A program made the position numbers and the translations under genes. The notes beneath the pieces were generated by a model. That model saw nothing but the letters and a program-made list of their open reading frames with translations, ran no database searches and had not been told where the DNA came from. DNA of 64,000 bases from Octopus vulgaris. Taxonomy: Eukaryota. Position 1 is the stretch's first letter. Each line of letters opens with the position of its first letter. The stretch covers positions 87,234,001-87,298,000 of the forward strand of contig OX597818.1 in assembly GCA_951406725.2 (NCBI GenBank). The letters run 5' to 3'. Below are positions 1-14,019 of the stretch, piece after piece.

Positions 1-1699
1 GAAACCCAATTTGGCAGATTTATATATCGTGCCTAGTGCCTTCAAGCATTCTTTCAGGATCAGTGCACCAGGGTAGTGGTGGGTGTCTTAAGGTAGTGGT
101 GTGGTTTGAGAAAGGATTAGCTGTTGTTTCTAGTACATAGAGACTTGTTGGATATGAGATGTTTTGGCATGGCTGTTTTGGCGCTGCGTATTTGGTATGC
201 TGATTCATCTCCGTCTTATTTGATATCAGTCATTTTAATATTTCTCACATTTAAAGGCAGCAAGCTGGCAGATTTGTTTGCATGCTGGACGAAATTCTTA
301 GCACTATTTTGTTTGCCTTTACATTCTGAGTTCAAATTCTGCTGAGGTTAATTTTGTCTTTCATCCTTTCAGGGTCAATAAAATAAGTACCTATTTCTTT
401 ATTACCCACAAGGGGCTAAACACAGAGGGGACAAACAAGGACAGACATAGGTATTAAGTCGATTACATCGACCCCAGTGCATAACTGGTACTTAATTTAT
501 CGACCCCGAAAGGATGAAAGGCAAAGTCGACCTCGGCGGAATTTGAACTCACAACGTAACGCAGACGAAATACCGCTAAGCATTTCGCCCTGCATGCCAA
601 AGTTTCTGCCAGCTCACCGCCTTGATAAAATAAGTACCAGTAGAGCACTAGGGTTGATGTAATCGACTTAAATCCTCCCCATGCCAAAATTTGAAATCAA
701 TATTTCTCTCATTTTGATGTCTCTCTTGTTCTCTCCAATCCCTCCCTTTATCTCTATGTGCATTTGTATATATGTGTAATGTTTGTCTCTCTCTCTCCAT
801 TTATGTCTGTGTGTTTCTGCTTGTGTTTGTGTGTGTGGATGAGTGTGTTTTTTGTCTCTGCTGTCAGACTACAGTTGCCAAAACAGGCTGAATGTCCAGT
901 TAACCGTGACGAACCATTAGCATCCAAACTGCTGTGCCAAACTGTCTCATTCCAAGACTTGTCTGTTTGCCTGTAGATTCTGGTGTCAGCCAAGTTCTAG
1001 TCAGTAAGAGTGCCCACTGTTACTTTAAGACTCCTTCTGTGGGATGTTGAAACTTCTGTTCCCGCATATGTCTTAGTGGCAAATTTTCAACTTTCAATTG
1101 GTGCTCCAGTCGTGACCCCCTCCACTTTATTTTCTTTCATAATTATATCCACCCACAAGTTAACCAGTTTATTCATGCATTTTTAGAACAGCGGAGTGAA
1201 GTTTGATGGGTGGGAAGCTTTGGTTTTTTTGTTACCAGCAGCGTGTGAATTGGGGTCTTTTGGGTCAGTTGCAGTGGTAGTCGAAGTTCAAAAAATGGTG
1301 GGAGGCCGAACCAGATTGAGACCCATGGAGACCCTAAGTACTTAAAAGATTTTGGTGCCACCTTATGTAATTCTAAATATAAACAATAATAAATCATAAA
1401 ATAAATTTTAATTTTTCAAACTGAAACAAAGCTAGCAATAGGATAGAAAATAATGTTTATTTTTGTATTCTTCCATTTCGTTCATGCTCTTTTACTCTTT
1501 TACATGTTTCAGTCATTTGACTGTGGCCATGCTGGAGCACCGCCTTTAGTCGATCAAATCGCCCCCAGGATTTATTCTTTGTAAGCCTAGTACTTATTCT
1601 ATCGGTCTCTTTTGCCGAACCGCTAAGTTACGGGAATGTAAACACACCTGCATCGGTTGTCAAGCGATGTTGGGGGCAATAAACATATACACATATACG

Positions 1700-1731
<32 letters not shown>

Positions 1732-2276
1732 CAATGGGCTTCTTTCAGTTTCCGTCTACCAAATTCACTAACAAAGCATTGGTTGGTTCAGAGCTACGAC
1801 AGAAGACACTTGGTCCAACACGCCATGCAGTGGTACTGAACACAAAACCACATGGCTGCAAAATGGAATTCTTTAACCACACAACCAACACCACCTGTCC
1901 ACCATATTTCACTCTTAAGTTTTGTGGTTACCCCAAGTACATGACAGAAGATTCACAACTTGAGACCGAACCCTGCTAACTACATTGCTGCAAAGCAAAC
2001 TTCAGAACTACACAGCTGTGCTTGTGTAAATATGTAAATGAATTAAATTAATTATTCCAACTGTTAGCTCTGGGGACCTTTGCATGATAATCTGTTTTGT
2101 ATATTTACCTCTTCAAAACACACTTTGTTCCTCTTCTCTTTCTCTCTCTCCTCTCCTCCATATCCTATTTAACCTCCACCCCCTGCCACTACTGCCCCTG
2201 TTTACCTGTCTGCATCCACCTTTCATGATCACCTGGGGCACTGACTGAATGCACTAAACAAGTTAAAAGGCATGAC

Positions 2277-2308
<32 letters not shown>

Positions 2309-2352
2309 ATACACACACACTCACAGAGTTGTATATAAATACATTATATATG

Positions 2353-2400
<48 letters not shown>

Positions 2401-3404
2401 TAATATTAAGACATATATACATATACCAACACATACACGTAAAGGCGAGAGAGAGTGTGTGTGTTTTATAATAATAGTAGTAGCGGGGTTGTTGTTGACT
2501 GGAATGGACTCTGTGGAGGTGGTAGAGTTTGTAGAGGGTGTTGTGTCTTGATAAATTAACTTGGAAAATTGTGCCAGCATAGGTGTAGCCAGCCCCTTCC
2601 TCTCCACCCCCTAGTCCACATACTCAGTTCTGGTTCTTTACCAATATACTTCACCTACACAGAGACTAAGTAACCCCTTGAAAATAAGAAAATAAAATAA
2701 CAGTTTACCTTTTCACGTCCGTCAAACAGATCAAAAGCTCATCATCATTGTCATCATCATCATCATCTTTTACTGCTTTCAGTCATTAAATTGGGACCAT
2801 ACTAGGGTATTATTTGAAGAATTTTAGTTCAATGATTCAACCCAAGTACTTTTTTTTTTTTTTTTACTTTTTAAAGTCCCGGTACTCTTATTCTTTTGAT
2901 CTCTTTTACCATTTCCGCTTCTACCTCTATGTCTGTATGGATAAGAAGCCTTCTTTACAAGCATGTAATTTGGGGTTCAATCTCACTGCATGAAACCTGA
3001 AGCGACTGTCTCCTTCTTATAGTCTGTGGTTATGTGGTTAACAAGTTTATTTTGTGGCCTTGTGGTTTTGAGTTCAATCTCGCTGTGGAGCGACTTGGAC
3101 AAGTGTCTTTTATTATAAGTTACGGGGATGTAAACACACCAACACTGGTTGTCAAGCAATGGTGGGAGAAAACCACAGACAGAAAGATGTGTGTGTGTAT
3201 ATTATCTTATTAACTTCAATTATCTTATTAACTTCATTATCTTATTAACTTCATTAGCTTACACCTGTCTCCACTATAAGATGCAGTGGACTCGTAGTTG
3301 AGTGCCTGAGCCACACCGTACAATTTCATTAGAGCCTTGACAGAAGCCTTTTGTACACATGTGCATGTGCTTGCACAGCAGGCTTCTTTTAATTTCTTAT
3401 TTCG

Positions 3405-3630
3405 TTATTGCCCACAAGGGGATAAACACAGAGGGGACAAACAAGGACAGACAAAGGGATTAAGTTGTTTGCACCGACCTCAGTGTGTAACTGGTACTTA
3501 ATTTATCGACCCTGAAAGGATGAAAGGCAAAGTCGACCTCGGCAGAATTTGAACTCAGAACGTAATGGCAGACGAAACACTGCTAAGCATTTTGCCCGGC
3601 ATGCTAACATTTCTGCCAGCTTGCTGCCTT
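3405..3630 (-). mobile_element. tRNA-derived SINE family B (core GTCGACTTTGCCTTTCATCCTTTCGGGGTCGATAAA, Meta/Sauria-like central domain); others near 254-625, 10575-10720, 16055-16225, 24585-25170, 25780-25945, 63050-63215
   Basis: many dispersed copies with GAGTTCAAATTC B box. Confidence 0.8.
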
Positions 3631-4351
3631 TGTAATTCTTTTAATTTCTCTCTGCCAAATCCACCCACAAGGCTTTGGTCGACCCAAGACTGGACTCTTA
3701 CAAGCCCTCCTAAGGGTCCAGTCCAGTGTGGTTGCCAATTTAAGTGCCAGTGATCCAGTACAAAACGGATTGTTCGGGTACGTTTTTACTGCAGACTAAG
3801 TGCCAAATATCCTGGGCATCTAACAGACACGCACACACTGTGTTGCAGATTGATTTTTAACTGCAGAACACTCTCTGCTCTTTCAAACTGGCTGACATCC
3901 CTATCTACAGCTCCACCCCCCATCTTATTTCTACTAATCATTCTACCCCCATTTATTCCATTTCTTTTCTTTTTGACTTTGTACCAAAATGTTTCTTTCC
4001 CAGCCCATTACCATTTCCGCTTCTACCACTATGGTATGGCTGTGTGGATAAGAAGCCTTCTTTGCAAGCATGTAATTTGGGGTTCAATCTCACTGCATGA
4101 AACCTTAAGCGACTGTCTCCTTATATCCTTCTTATAGTCTGTGGTTATGTAGTTAACAAGTTTACTTTGTGGCCTTGTGGTTTTGAGTTCAATCTCACTG
4201 TGGATCAACTTGGACAAGTGTCTTTTATTATAGTCCTAGGCCAACCAATGCCTTGTGAGAGATTTTGGTAGATGGAAACAGTGTGAAAGCTCATTACAGT
4301 GTGTGTGTATGTATGTATATGTATTTGTAAATATGTATATGTATCTGTGTA

Positions 4352-4382
<31 letters not shown>

Positions 4383-5714
4383 TTGTATGTAGAGACCGAT
4401 AGAATAAGAACTAGGTTTACAAAGAATAAGTCATGGGATCGATTTGCTCGACTAAAGGCGGTGCTCCAGCATGGCTGCAGTCAAATGACTGAAACAAATA
4501 ATAGAATAAAAGAATGTATATATATATATACACACACACACACCCTGATGTGTGTATATTCTTGGGTTTGTTGCTTGATAACTGTCTTGGTTTGTTTACA
4601 TTCATGTCACTTAGCAGTTCAGCAGAAGAATAAATAGAATACAAAAATGTAAACAGAAAAAAAAAATTGAAAACAATCAAAAAGTACTGTTGATAAATTT
4701 GTTCTGCTAAAAACCCTTTCAAAGCTGTGCCCAAGCATGGCCACAATCCAGTGACTGAAGCCAGTAAAAGAGAAGCTATAAGACATAAAGATGCAATTCA
4801 GTCCCACTGCATGGCACCTTGGGCAAGTGTCTTCTACTATAGCCTCGGGCCGACCAAAGCTTTGTGAGTGGATTTGGTAGACGGAAACTGAAAGAAGCCC
4901 GTCGTACATATGTATATATAAGTATGTATGTAAATATGTATATGTTTGTGTGTCTGTGTTTGTCTCCCCCCCCCCCCCACAACATCGCTTGACAACCGAT
5001 GCTGGTGTGTTTACGTCCCCGTAACTTAGCAGTTCAGCAAAAGAGACCAAAAAATAAGTACTAGGCTTACAAAGAATAAGTCCTGGGGTTGATTTGCTCG
5101 ACTAAAGGCGGTGCTCCAGCATGACCACAGTCAAATGACTGAGACAAGTAAAAGAGAGAGTAATTAAAGAAATGTTTCTACATCTCAAAGATATTCACCT
5201 TCTCTTTCTCTCTCTGTTTTTCCTGCTCTCCTGCTCCCTTCTCTAAACCGTCCTTCTTTTGACGCCAGCTGTGGCAATGGTGTAATTATCACCCAATTTG
5301 ATTCGCGTTGCCGTGCAGCTGACTGACTCCATCCTATGTTGGACACGACAAGGCTGGAATGTAGGTTGAAGAAACGATACAGCAATCAGACTCTATTGTG
5401 GCGTCGACAATTTCAAAGTTAACGCCGACAAGGCTGTCGTTACGCACATATATATATATATATATAAACGCGCACATTACGCATGCATCTCGCATGCATG
5501 CATGACAACGATGCCGTCACCAATAGATGTAGCTGTGTATTTCAATTGTTTGTCCTGTTCTGTGAATCGCTTTCTTTTCCACCAGTTCCCCCACCTCACC
5601 TCAACCCCTGTTGTTCTTGTTTTTCTGAGTGAGAGGGATGTTGTGGGGGATGTGGTGGAAGTGGATGCTTGGTGATGTTGGGGATATAGTGCGATATTAT
5701 TGGCAGTAATAGTG

Positions 5715-6370
5715 TGAGAGTAGTGGTGGTGGTGGTGGTGGTTGTGGTGGTGGTGGTTGTGGTTGTGGTGGTGTTAGCGACGGTGGTGATGATGGTGATA
5801 TTGATTATAATGTCGGTGGTGGTGGTGGTGGTGGTGACATAGATCATGATGTTGGTGGTGGTGGTCATGGTGATGGTGCTGGTGGTGTATGCAAAAGTGT
5901 AGCAATGGTATTGGGGAGGTAGTGTCATAGTATTGGCTGTGGTTGTGTAAAATAGTGAGAGTGATAGTAGCGTGATGGTATTGGTGCCAGTATGGTTTTC
6001 GTGATAACATTACCACAGTGGTGGTACTATCATGTTAATAGTAGTGGTGATGGTAATGTTAAAGAGATGGTGGTAGTGTGATGTATATGGTAGTGGTGGA
6101 GCAGTGGCATTAGAAAGTTGGCTGATGTATAGTGGCAGTTGTAGTAATATCTTAGTAGTGGTCATAACAGTGTTGTGGTGGTGGTGCTAGTAGTAGTAGT
6201 AGTAGTAGTAGTAGTATGTTAATGGAAGTAGTATGACACTGTAGTAGTACAGTGCTGCTGGTGATAGTGGTAGCAGTTGTAGTATGGTATTAGTGGTAGT
6301 GTTGATGTGTGTTAGTAGTGGTTGTTAGCAGTGTGTCAGTATTAGTTGTAGTACAGTGGTGATAATGATA
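5715..6370. repeat. Degenerate (GGT)n/(AGT)n low-complexity tract
   Basis: produces the spurious poly-Thr and poly-His ORFs. Confidence 0.9.
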
Positions 6371-6430
6371 GTGGCCATCACACAGTGGTTTATTAATGAT
6401 AATGTTACACACACACACACTTACACACAC

Positions 6431-6474
<44 letters not shown>

Positions 6475-7255
6475 TTAGTAGTAGATTCTCCTCTGTCTGA
6501 TATCTGCCACAAATTCTTCTTGTTATCGGCCACCATTTCTTCTTCTTCATCTTTTTGTAATATTGACTTCATCTTATCTCATACCTAGCAGTCCACTCAC
6601 TTCCTAACACTCTCTCTTCTCTCTATATTTCTGTATTTCCCTAACACACACACACATACTCTCTCTCTCTCTCTCTCTCCATATATATACCTATACATAC
6701 ATACACACATTTGTGCATGTGCATATATACACACACACATGCTTGTGTACACATAAATACAAATGCACATTTATAAACACCCTTTTGAGTGTGTGTGTAT
6801 GTAATATATATATTCATACATTAGGATTTTAAAATTCAGGCAGATCATTTTTAAGCACTCTGTAATAATCCAGACTTGGCTAGCTGGATCAGAAATGTAT
6901 ACTGGCAAGTCATATGTTATAAACTATCAATTAAAAATGTGTGCTTCTCCATTCTCCTTCATGCTTTTATGTATATGTATATATATGTGTGTGTGTGTGT
7001 GTGTATACATCATCATCGTTTAACGTCCACTTTCCATGCTAGCATGGATTGGATGATTTGACTGAGGACTGGCGAATCAGATGACTGCACCAGGCTCCAA
7101 TCTTAATCTGGCAGATTGGGGTCTGGTACAGCCATATATATATATATATATATATATACCGGAGTAAACACATAAATGTGAAACAAGGTGGAAAAAAGAG
7201 TACTCAAATACCAGTGGTAGAGTAATATGCTTTATTTAAAGCAGCAGAAAATTCA

Positions 7256-7307
7256 ACAAAACCTGTTACTCTGAGTTTCACGTTCCCGTTCGTCAGACAG
7301 TTTTTGC
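7256..7307 (-). ncRNA. Minimal type I hammerhead ribozyme motif, intact core (Penelope-like element type)
   Basis: minus strand gcaaaaactgt-CTGACGA-acg(ggaa)cgt-GAAA-ctc(a)gag-TA-acaggttttgt: helix I, GNRA-capped helix II, palindromic helix III, GUA triplet. Confidence 0.8.
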
Positions 7308-8299
7308 TAGAATCTAGCAAAAACTGTCCGACGAACCAGTTAATATTTTATATATATATATATCTATATTCTTTCATTCATATATATATATATCTGAAGA
7401 ATCCACTAGAGTGGATGCAAGTGCTGATATATGATTTATAAAAAACGTATGACATATTAATAAAAATCTGTAATTATAAAACCATCCAGATTTTTGAGTA
7501 CCATATTTCTTCTAATATATAATACCTGTACATCACCTCCAAACCTTCTAATATATATATATATACATACATACATACACACACATACACACATCTTCTG
7601 ATTCAGGTATAATGCAATATAGCCATTCCTTAGAAAAGTGGAGGAGAAGAATTAACTCATGTACTTGACTGGTACTCAGTTTAGTGACTCTTGCGCAGTG
7701 GGAAGAAGGAAATATGATATGATTTGAACTCAGAATGCAAAGAGTTTACGCTATAGTTACCACAAGGCATTTAACAGTTTTGCTATTGACCATCTTGGCT
7801 CACATATGCATATAATATGTTTGTACATGTATATGTATATATGTGTATATATGCATTTATTTGTATGTCTTTGTGTATAAGTATGCATTTATATATATGT
7901 ATGAGTGTATGCTTGTATATATGTATATATATTTTATATATATATTATATACACACTCAGGCATATATAATGACCATAACCGTTACAATTATTAATGCTC
8001 TTTAGCTTCTGTGTTTGTAACGTAGGAGAAATGGTGTGTGTGTGTGTGTGTGTAAATGTGTGAGAGATAAGTTCTGAGTGTGATTGCCGCAATTAACCGA
8101 CAATCAGAAATATCTTTAGATGGCATTATGATTCCTGGAAGTTGCCCGTTCTGCTTGTCTTATATAACCACTGGTTAATTCTTGTTGTTTTTTTCTTTTC
8201 ATGTAGCCTGGGTCTGCATTTAGCATTGCTGTAATTCCTTACACACACACGCATGCATGCACATCTATACACATACAGATGCGTGCGTGTGTGTATGCA

Positions 8300-8343
<44 letters not shown>

Positions 8344-8665
8344 TATACATATAGGTGCAGGCATGGCTGTGTGGTAAGAAGCTCGCTTCCCAACCACATG
8401 GTTCCAGGTTCAGTCCCATTGCATGGCACGTTGGGCAAGTGTCTCCTACTATAGCCTCAGGCTGACCAAACCCTTGTGAGTGGATTTGGTCGATGGAAAC
8501 CGAAAGAAGCCCATCGTATATGTATGTATAGAATTATGCATGTTTGTCATTGTGACTGTTTGTCCCCCATCACCACCACTACCATCGCTTGACAATTGAT
8601 GTCGGTGTGTATACGTTCCTGTAACCTAGCAGTTCAGCAAAAAAGACAGATAGAATAAGTGCTAT

Positions 8666-8747
<82 letters not shown>

Positions 8748-9349
8748 CACACACACACACACACACACAAACACATATATATAAACATGCACATACATAC
8801 ATACATACATACACATAATATAAATACATTTCATAAACTAAGTACCAGTTTCATACTGGGGTCCATCTAATTGACTGGACCCCTCCCCAAAAATTTTGGG
8901 CCTTGTACCTAGTATAGAAAAGAATATAAATACATTTCATTGTTCTTTATAAACTTCCAACCATTTTCCTCTTCATCATCATCATCTGCCTTCCATGCTG
9001 GCATGGGTCAGATGGGTTGACAGAATCTGGCTGGGCAGAAAACTGGACCAAGCTTCAGTGTCTGTTTTAGCATGGCTTTTTTTTACAGCTGGGTGCCCTT
9101 CCTAACACCAACCACCCAGCAGAGTGGACTAAGTGATTTTTATGCGGCACCAGTACTGGGAAAGTCAGTTTTGGTATGGTTTTTTACAGCTGGACACCCT
9201 TCCAAATGCCAACCACTTTATAGTGTCGACTGAATGTGTTTTACATGGCACAAGTACTGGCAGGGTCACCAAGTAACTTGCAAGGCAAAGATCCTTTGAG
9301 ATAGGAGGTATTGGGTTGTCCGGAAAGTCTGTGCTGATTTTTAAAGGAA

Positions 9350-9870
9350 AGAAAAAGTTCAATAAATACTTGCCATTACATTTTTAATCAACCAAATACG
9401 AACCATTTTGTTGCACAATGCGTCTCTATCTTTCCTTAAACTTGAAAATACCCTCTTCCCAGAATTGAGGTGGTTTCAAGGCAAAAAATTCAACAAGGTA
9501 TCTTTTTACGTCATCCAAGGAATTGAAATTTTTACCATTAACACTATTCTGCAGAGACCTGAATAAGTGGAATTCCGAAGGAGCAATATCTGGTGAATAC
9601 GAAGGGTTGGGTAACACATCCCAGCCGAGCTGCAGCAATTTTTGTCTGGTTCTCAAAGCATCAAGTGCCAAAAATGAACTTTTTTATCTTCCATTTTAAA
9701 GGGCTACAGAATTAACACAGGTTATAGGAACATAAACTTTCTTCCACGGAAAGATAGCTTAAACTGTGCTCTAAATGGAGGTGTAGTCAAACCCTATTTT
9801 ATGGACTCAACCATGTTCTAAAATAAGTCGAAAGGTAAGCTGCTATAAATCGGCACAAACTTACCAGACA
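9350..9870 (-). mobile_element. Mariner transposon remnant, internally deleted
   Basis: ORF 9426-9671 GWDVLPNPSYSPDIAPSEFHLFRSLQN matches the mariner HPPYSPDLAPSD catalytic motif; boundaries approximate. Confidence 0.88.
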
Positions 9871-10077
9871 GCATAATAGTAAAAGAAGTGATGTTGTAAA
9901 AGGTTAGAATGTGACAGAGAGATACCATTACATTTGGCAGGATAATCTGAATGCTAAAGGACTAATGTTATACTTTAACCATTACTGTAACTGAGGTTGT
10001 ATATGTATCCACAAACTTCTACCCACTCTTGTTTGCATTAATATATCTAAATTGAGTTTGTTTTTTTAATTTTACAG

Positions 10078-10284
10078 CCGATCCAAGCTCGAGTGATTGT
10101 CAATAACCAACTGGTTAGTGACCATGTCGGAGACTGGCCAAATTTGCAACATAACCACTTCAACGGGGACATAAGAACAACGACAAAAGACAGTCCAATA
10201 AATAGTAACCGCAACTCTTCAGCGTCCACTGATAGTGGGCGTGGAGTCAGTACAGTACAGCTGGACACTGCTGTACCAATTAAG
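10078..10284 (+). CDS. CASKIN: Caskin-like gene internal exon (linker upstream of SAM domains; PIQARVIVNN...NRNSSASTDSGRG...AVPIK)
   Basis: tttacag acceptor, AAG|gtgagt donor, 207 nt open phase 0-0, in frame with the following exons. Confidence 0.8.
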
Positions 10285-11030
10285 GTGAGTTGACCATACT
10301 GCTACTACTATTACTACTACTACTACCACTACTACCTCCACAACTACACTTTAGTGGCGGGGGTGGATGTTACTCGTTGGTTCCCCTCTCTCTTCCTCTC
10401 GCCTCCTCTCTTCTCTCTATCACTCCCCACCTCTCACCTCTCCCTCATGACCTTGTACTTGAAGAGTTCCCTCCCTTACTTCCTCTGAGGACCAACTCGA
10501 AAAATATTGAGTGCCAGTCTATATCGGATTTGTTTCTTCTCTCCCTCCCTCCTCCTCCTTCAGTGAAGGTAATATGAGGTCAACTTTGCCTTTCATCCTT
10601 TCGGGGTCGATTAAATAAGTACCAGTTACGCACTGGGGCCGATGTAATCAACTTAATCCCTTTGTCTGTCCTTGTTTGTCCCCTCTGTGTTTAGCCCCTT
10701 GTGGGCAATAAAGAAATAAATATATCCCCATGGTCAAGTATTCTTTTATTTGTCTCAGTCATTTGACTGCAGCCTTGCTGGAGCACCACCTTGGAGGATT
10801 TTAGTCAAAGAAATCAACCCCAGGACATACTTTTTTAAAAGCCTAGTACTTATTCTGTTGGTCTCTTTCTGCCAAACCACTAAGTTACGGGGATGTAAAC
10901 ACACCAACACCGGTTGTCAAGCAGTGATGGGAGGACAGACATAAACACACACACACACACGTTATTCACTGAATCTTTGCGTCAACATGTACCTACAACA
11001 GTGTAGCTTTTAATCTAATCAAGATATCCT

Positions 11031-11112
11031 TGGCCTGAAGAGTAGCCGATGGTGTTCACCTCGGATTTTACCACTTCTGAGGTTCCACTCGCTATGAAGC
11101 AATGTAGCCCAG
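11031..11112 (+). ncRNA. Degenerate hammerhead motif with extended helix II (GAAA>GAAG)
   Basis: ggc-CTGAAGA-gtagc..acctcgga/tctgaggt..gctat-GAAG-ca(a)tg-TA-gcc. Confidence 0.5.
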
Positions 11113-12069
11113 ATTTCCCATACTCCATTCTGTAACTCTTGTATTTTCTTTTTGCACTCTCAGCAACTCTGGTTGCCTAACAAGGAATATAAAAAGAACT
11201 TTTTACAGCTCATTGTTCTTTGATAAAAGTTAAAAAAATCTGCAACCTTCCATCTCAAAAAATCACTATTGTTCCTGAAAGCTGTTTTTTTATATTCACT
11301 AAGGATTGCTCAAAGCTAACTTTCTTCCTTCACCTCCTCCATCCCAGGATCTTACATTTATATATAAATATATATTTATAGTGGCTGTGTGGTAAGTAGC
11401 TTGCTTACGAACCCATGGTTCCGGGTTCAGTCCCACTGCATAGCACCTTGTGCAAGTGTCTTCTACTATAGCCTCAGGCCAACCAAAGCCTTGTGAGTGG
11501 ATTTGTTAGACGGAAACTGAAAGAAGATGTCATATATATGTATATATATGTGTGTGTATATATGTTTGTGTGTCTGTGTTTGCCCCTCCAACATCGCTTG
11601 ACAACCGATGCTGGTGTGTATATGTCCCTGTAACTTAACAGTTTGGCAAAAGAGACCCGATAGAATAAGTACTAGGCTTACAAATAATAAGTCCTGGGAT
11701 CGATTTGCTCGACTAAAAGGCAGTGCTCCAGCATAGCCACAGTCAAATGACTGAAAGAAGTAAAAGAGTAAAAGAAATATATGGACACACAGGGTTCTTT
11801 CTGTCTCCCTTTACTAAATCCACTCACGAGGCTTTGGTCAGCCCAAGGCTGTAGTAGAAAACATTTGCCCAAAGTGTCATGCTGTGGGACTGAACCCGGA
11901 ACCATGTAGTTAAGAAGTAAGCTTCTTACCATACAGCCATACCTGTGCTTATATGTTTACAAAGGAGGCTGGATGTGAAGAACACTGCTTGTTGATAGTA
12001 TCCATTACTTATGTCTATCACACTATGTCAAAACAAGAGTACACAAAAACAGGTATCAAGAATGTTGTT

Positions 12070-12116
12070 GACAGTGACTGCAAAGTTTTGGCCAGCCAAG
12101 CCATCATCAGACTGCC
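12070..12116 (-). ncRNA. Degenerate hammerhead motif (GAAA>AAAA) with inverted partial copy at about 12128-12163
   Basis: ggcagt-CTGATGA-tggc..gcc-AAAA-ct..ag-TC-actgtc. Confidence 0.6.
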
Positions 12117-13444
12117 AGTGCAATAGTGGGTTAGCTGGCTAAAACTCCGAAGTCACTGTCAACAGTGTTGTATCAGAATAATAAATCTGTACTCTACAAA
12201 AGTATAGCGTAACCCATCAGATTAATGTAAAAGTATATTCATTGTAACTGAATACAAGAACAAACATTAATATATATATATGTGTGTGTGGAGGTGCGTG
12301 GCTTAGTGGTTAGGGTTTCAGCATCATGATCGTAAGATTGTGGTTTTGATTCCTGGACTGGGTGACGCGTTGTGTTCTTGAGCAAAACACTTCATTTCAC
12401 GTTGCTCCAGCCCACTCAGCTGGCAAAAAAGAATAACGCTGCGATGGACTGGCGTCCCATCCAGCTGGGGAACAAATATGCCATTGAAACCAGGAAACCA
12501 GGCCCATGAGCCTGGCTAGGCTTTAAAAAGGGCGCATTTATATTTTATATATATATATATATACATACACACACACATAGGATCAACTGGTATTAACTTG
12601 TGTTTTCTCATATAAAGGCACATGGCTTTATGGTTGGTATATTCGGCTAATGTCATAAGGTTGTGAGTTCCATTCCCAGCAACGCATTGTGTCCTTTCAG
12701 CAAGACACTTTATTTCACGTTGCTCCAGTCTACTCAGCTGGCAAAAATGAGTAGTACCTGTATTTCAAAGGGCCAGCCTTGTCATGCTGAATCTCCCTAA
12801 GGGTACATGTGTCCATGGAGTGCTCAACCATTTGCTCGTTAATTTCATGATCAAGCTGTTCTGTTGATTGAATCAGCTGGGACCTTCGTCATCATAACTG
12901 ATGGAGTGCTCCTATATATATGTGTGTGTGTGTTTTGGGGTCTTTTGTTTAGAAGATATATATATCTTTTATCTTTTACTTTTCTCAGTCATTTGACTGC
13001 AGCCACGCTGGGGTACCCTCAAACAGATCGACTCCAGGACTTGTTTTTTTTTAAAGCCTGGTACTTATTCTGTCAATCACTTTTACTGAACCGCTAAGTT
13101 ACAGGGACATAAACACACCAGCACTGGTTGTCAAGCAGTGGCAGGGAGCAAACACAAAGGCACACATGCGCGCACGCGTGCACATGATGGACTTCTTTCA
13201 GTTTCCATCTACCAAATTTACACACAAGGGTTCATTTAGCCCAAGGCTTTGTAAAACACACATGACCCTAAGATGCCACGCAGTGGGACTGAACCCAGAA
13301 TCACGTGATTAGAAGCAAACTTCTTACCGCACAACCAAAAATAAAACCCTTAGACATAACATACTACAACAATAACTGTGATGAAGGTTTCTGGACTTAC
13401 TGGTCTACTTGTATAACATGATCGCCCTAGTCAAGCATCTAGAG

Positions 13445-13645
13445 CAGTGCTTTTCAACCTTTTTGCTGGAGCAGAACCCCAAGGAAACATTGCACTGGCT
13501 CGAGGAACCCCTGTGCAATAATTTAATAGTCTTATGCACACATATCTGCATAGGAAACTTTAAAATTACTGCCGATTTTAGCAGTTTTGTAACTTCTTGC
13601 GGAACCCCTGCACTGTGCTGGTGGAACCCTGGTTGAAAACCACTG
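13445..13645. mobile_element. hAT (Charlie-like) MITE
   Basis: TIR CAGTGCTTTTCAACC/GGTTGAAAACCACTG with perfect 8-bp TSD ATCTAGAG. Confidence 0.9.
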
Positions 13646-14019
13646 ATCTAGAGCTGGTCTCCCTAACAAAGGGACATAACTCTGTATTTCCTATTTTGTT
13701 ATTGAATGGTTTACTGTAAGATGGACATCTAATTACAAAACGGTCATTCCAGCAGGATTCAGAGAGTACCAATGTTTGTTTCTGCCAGTAGAATATACAC
13801 AACGTTGGAGAATATTGTAACTTTTATTCTAAGAAGTTGTCGTCTCTCATGAATTTTGGTGTATGTCTTTGTAAAAGCTTCATGAACTGTGATCATAGCC
13901 AATTAACACACTGCCATGTTACACCACCATTATACTGCTACCATAGCATGCTACAACAACACACTAGAATGTTGTCATGACTCGCCTCCAGAGCAGTACT
14001 CCAACCCAATAAATTGTAG

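Noticed and set aside
868-1003. Possible additional Caskin exon (ctgtcag acceptor, CA|gtaaga donor)
   Set aside because: Stops in all three frames; the 27-nt alternative 977-1003 has a stop in phase 0 and does not fit the phase-0 next exon
12290-12370. tRNA genes
   Set aside because: These are A/B-box-like SINE heads; no complete cloverleaf was seen anywhere in the window
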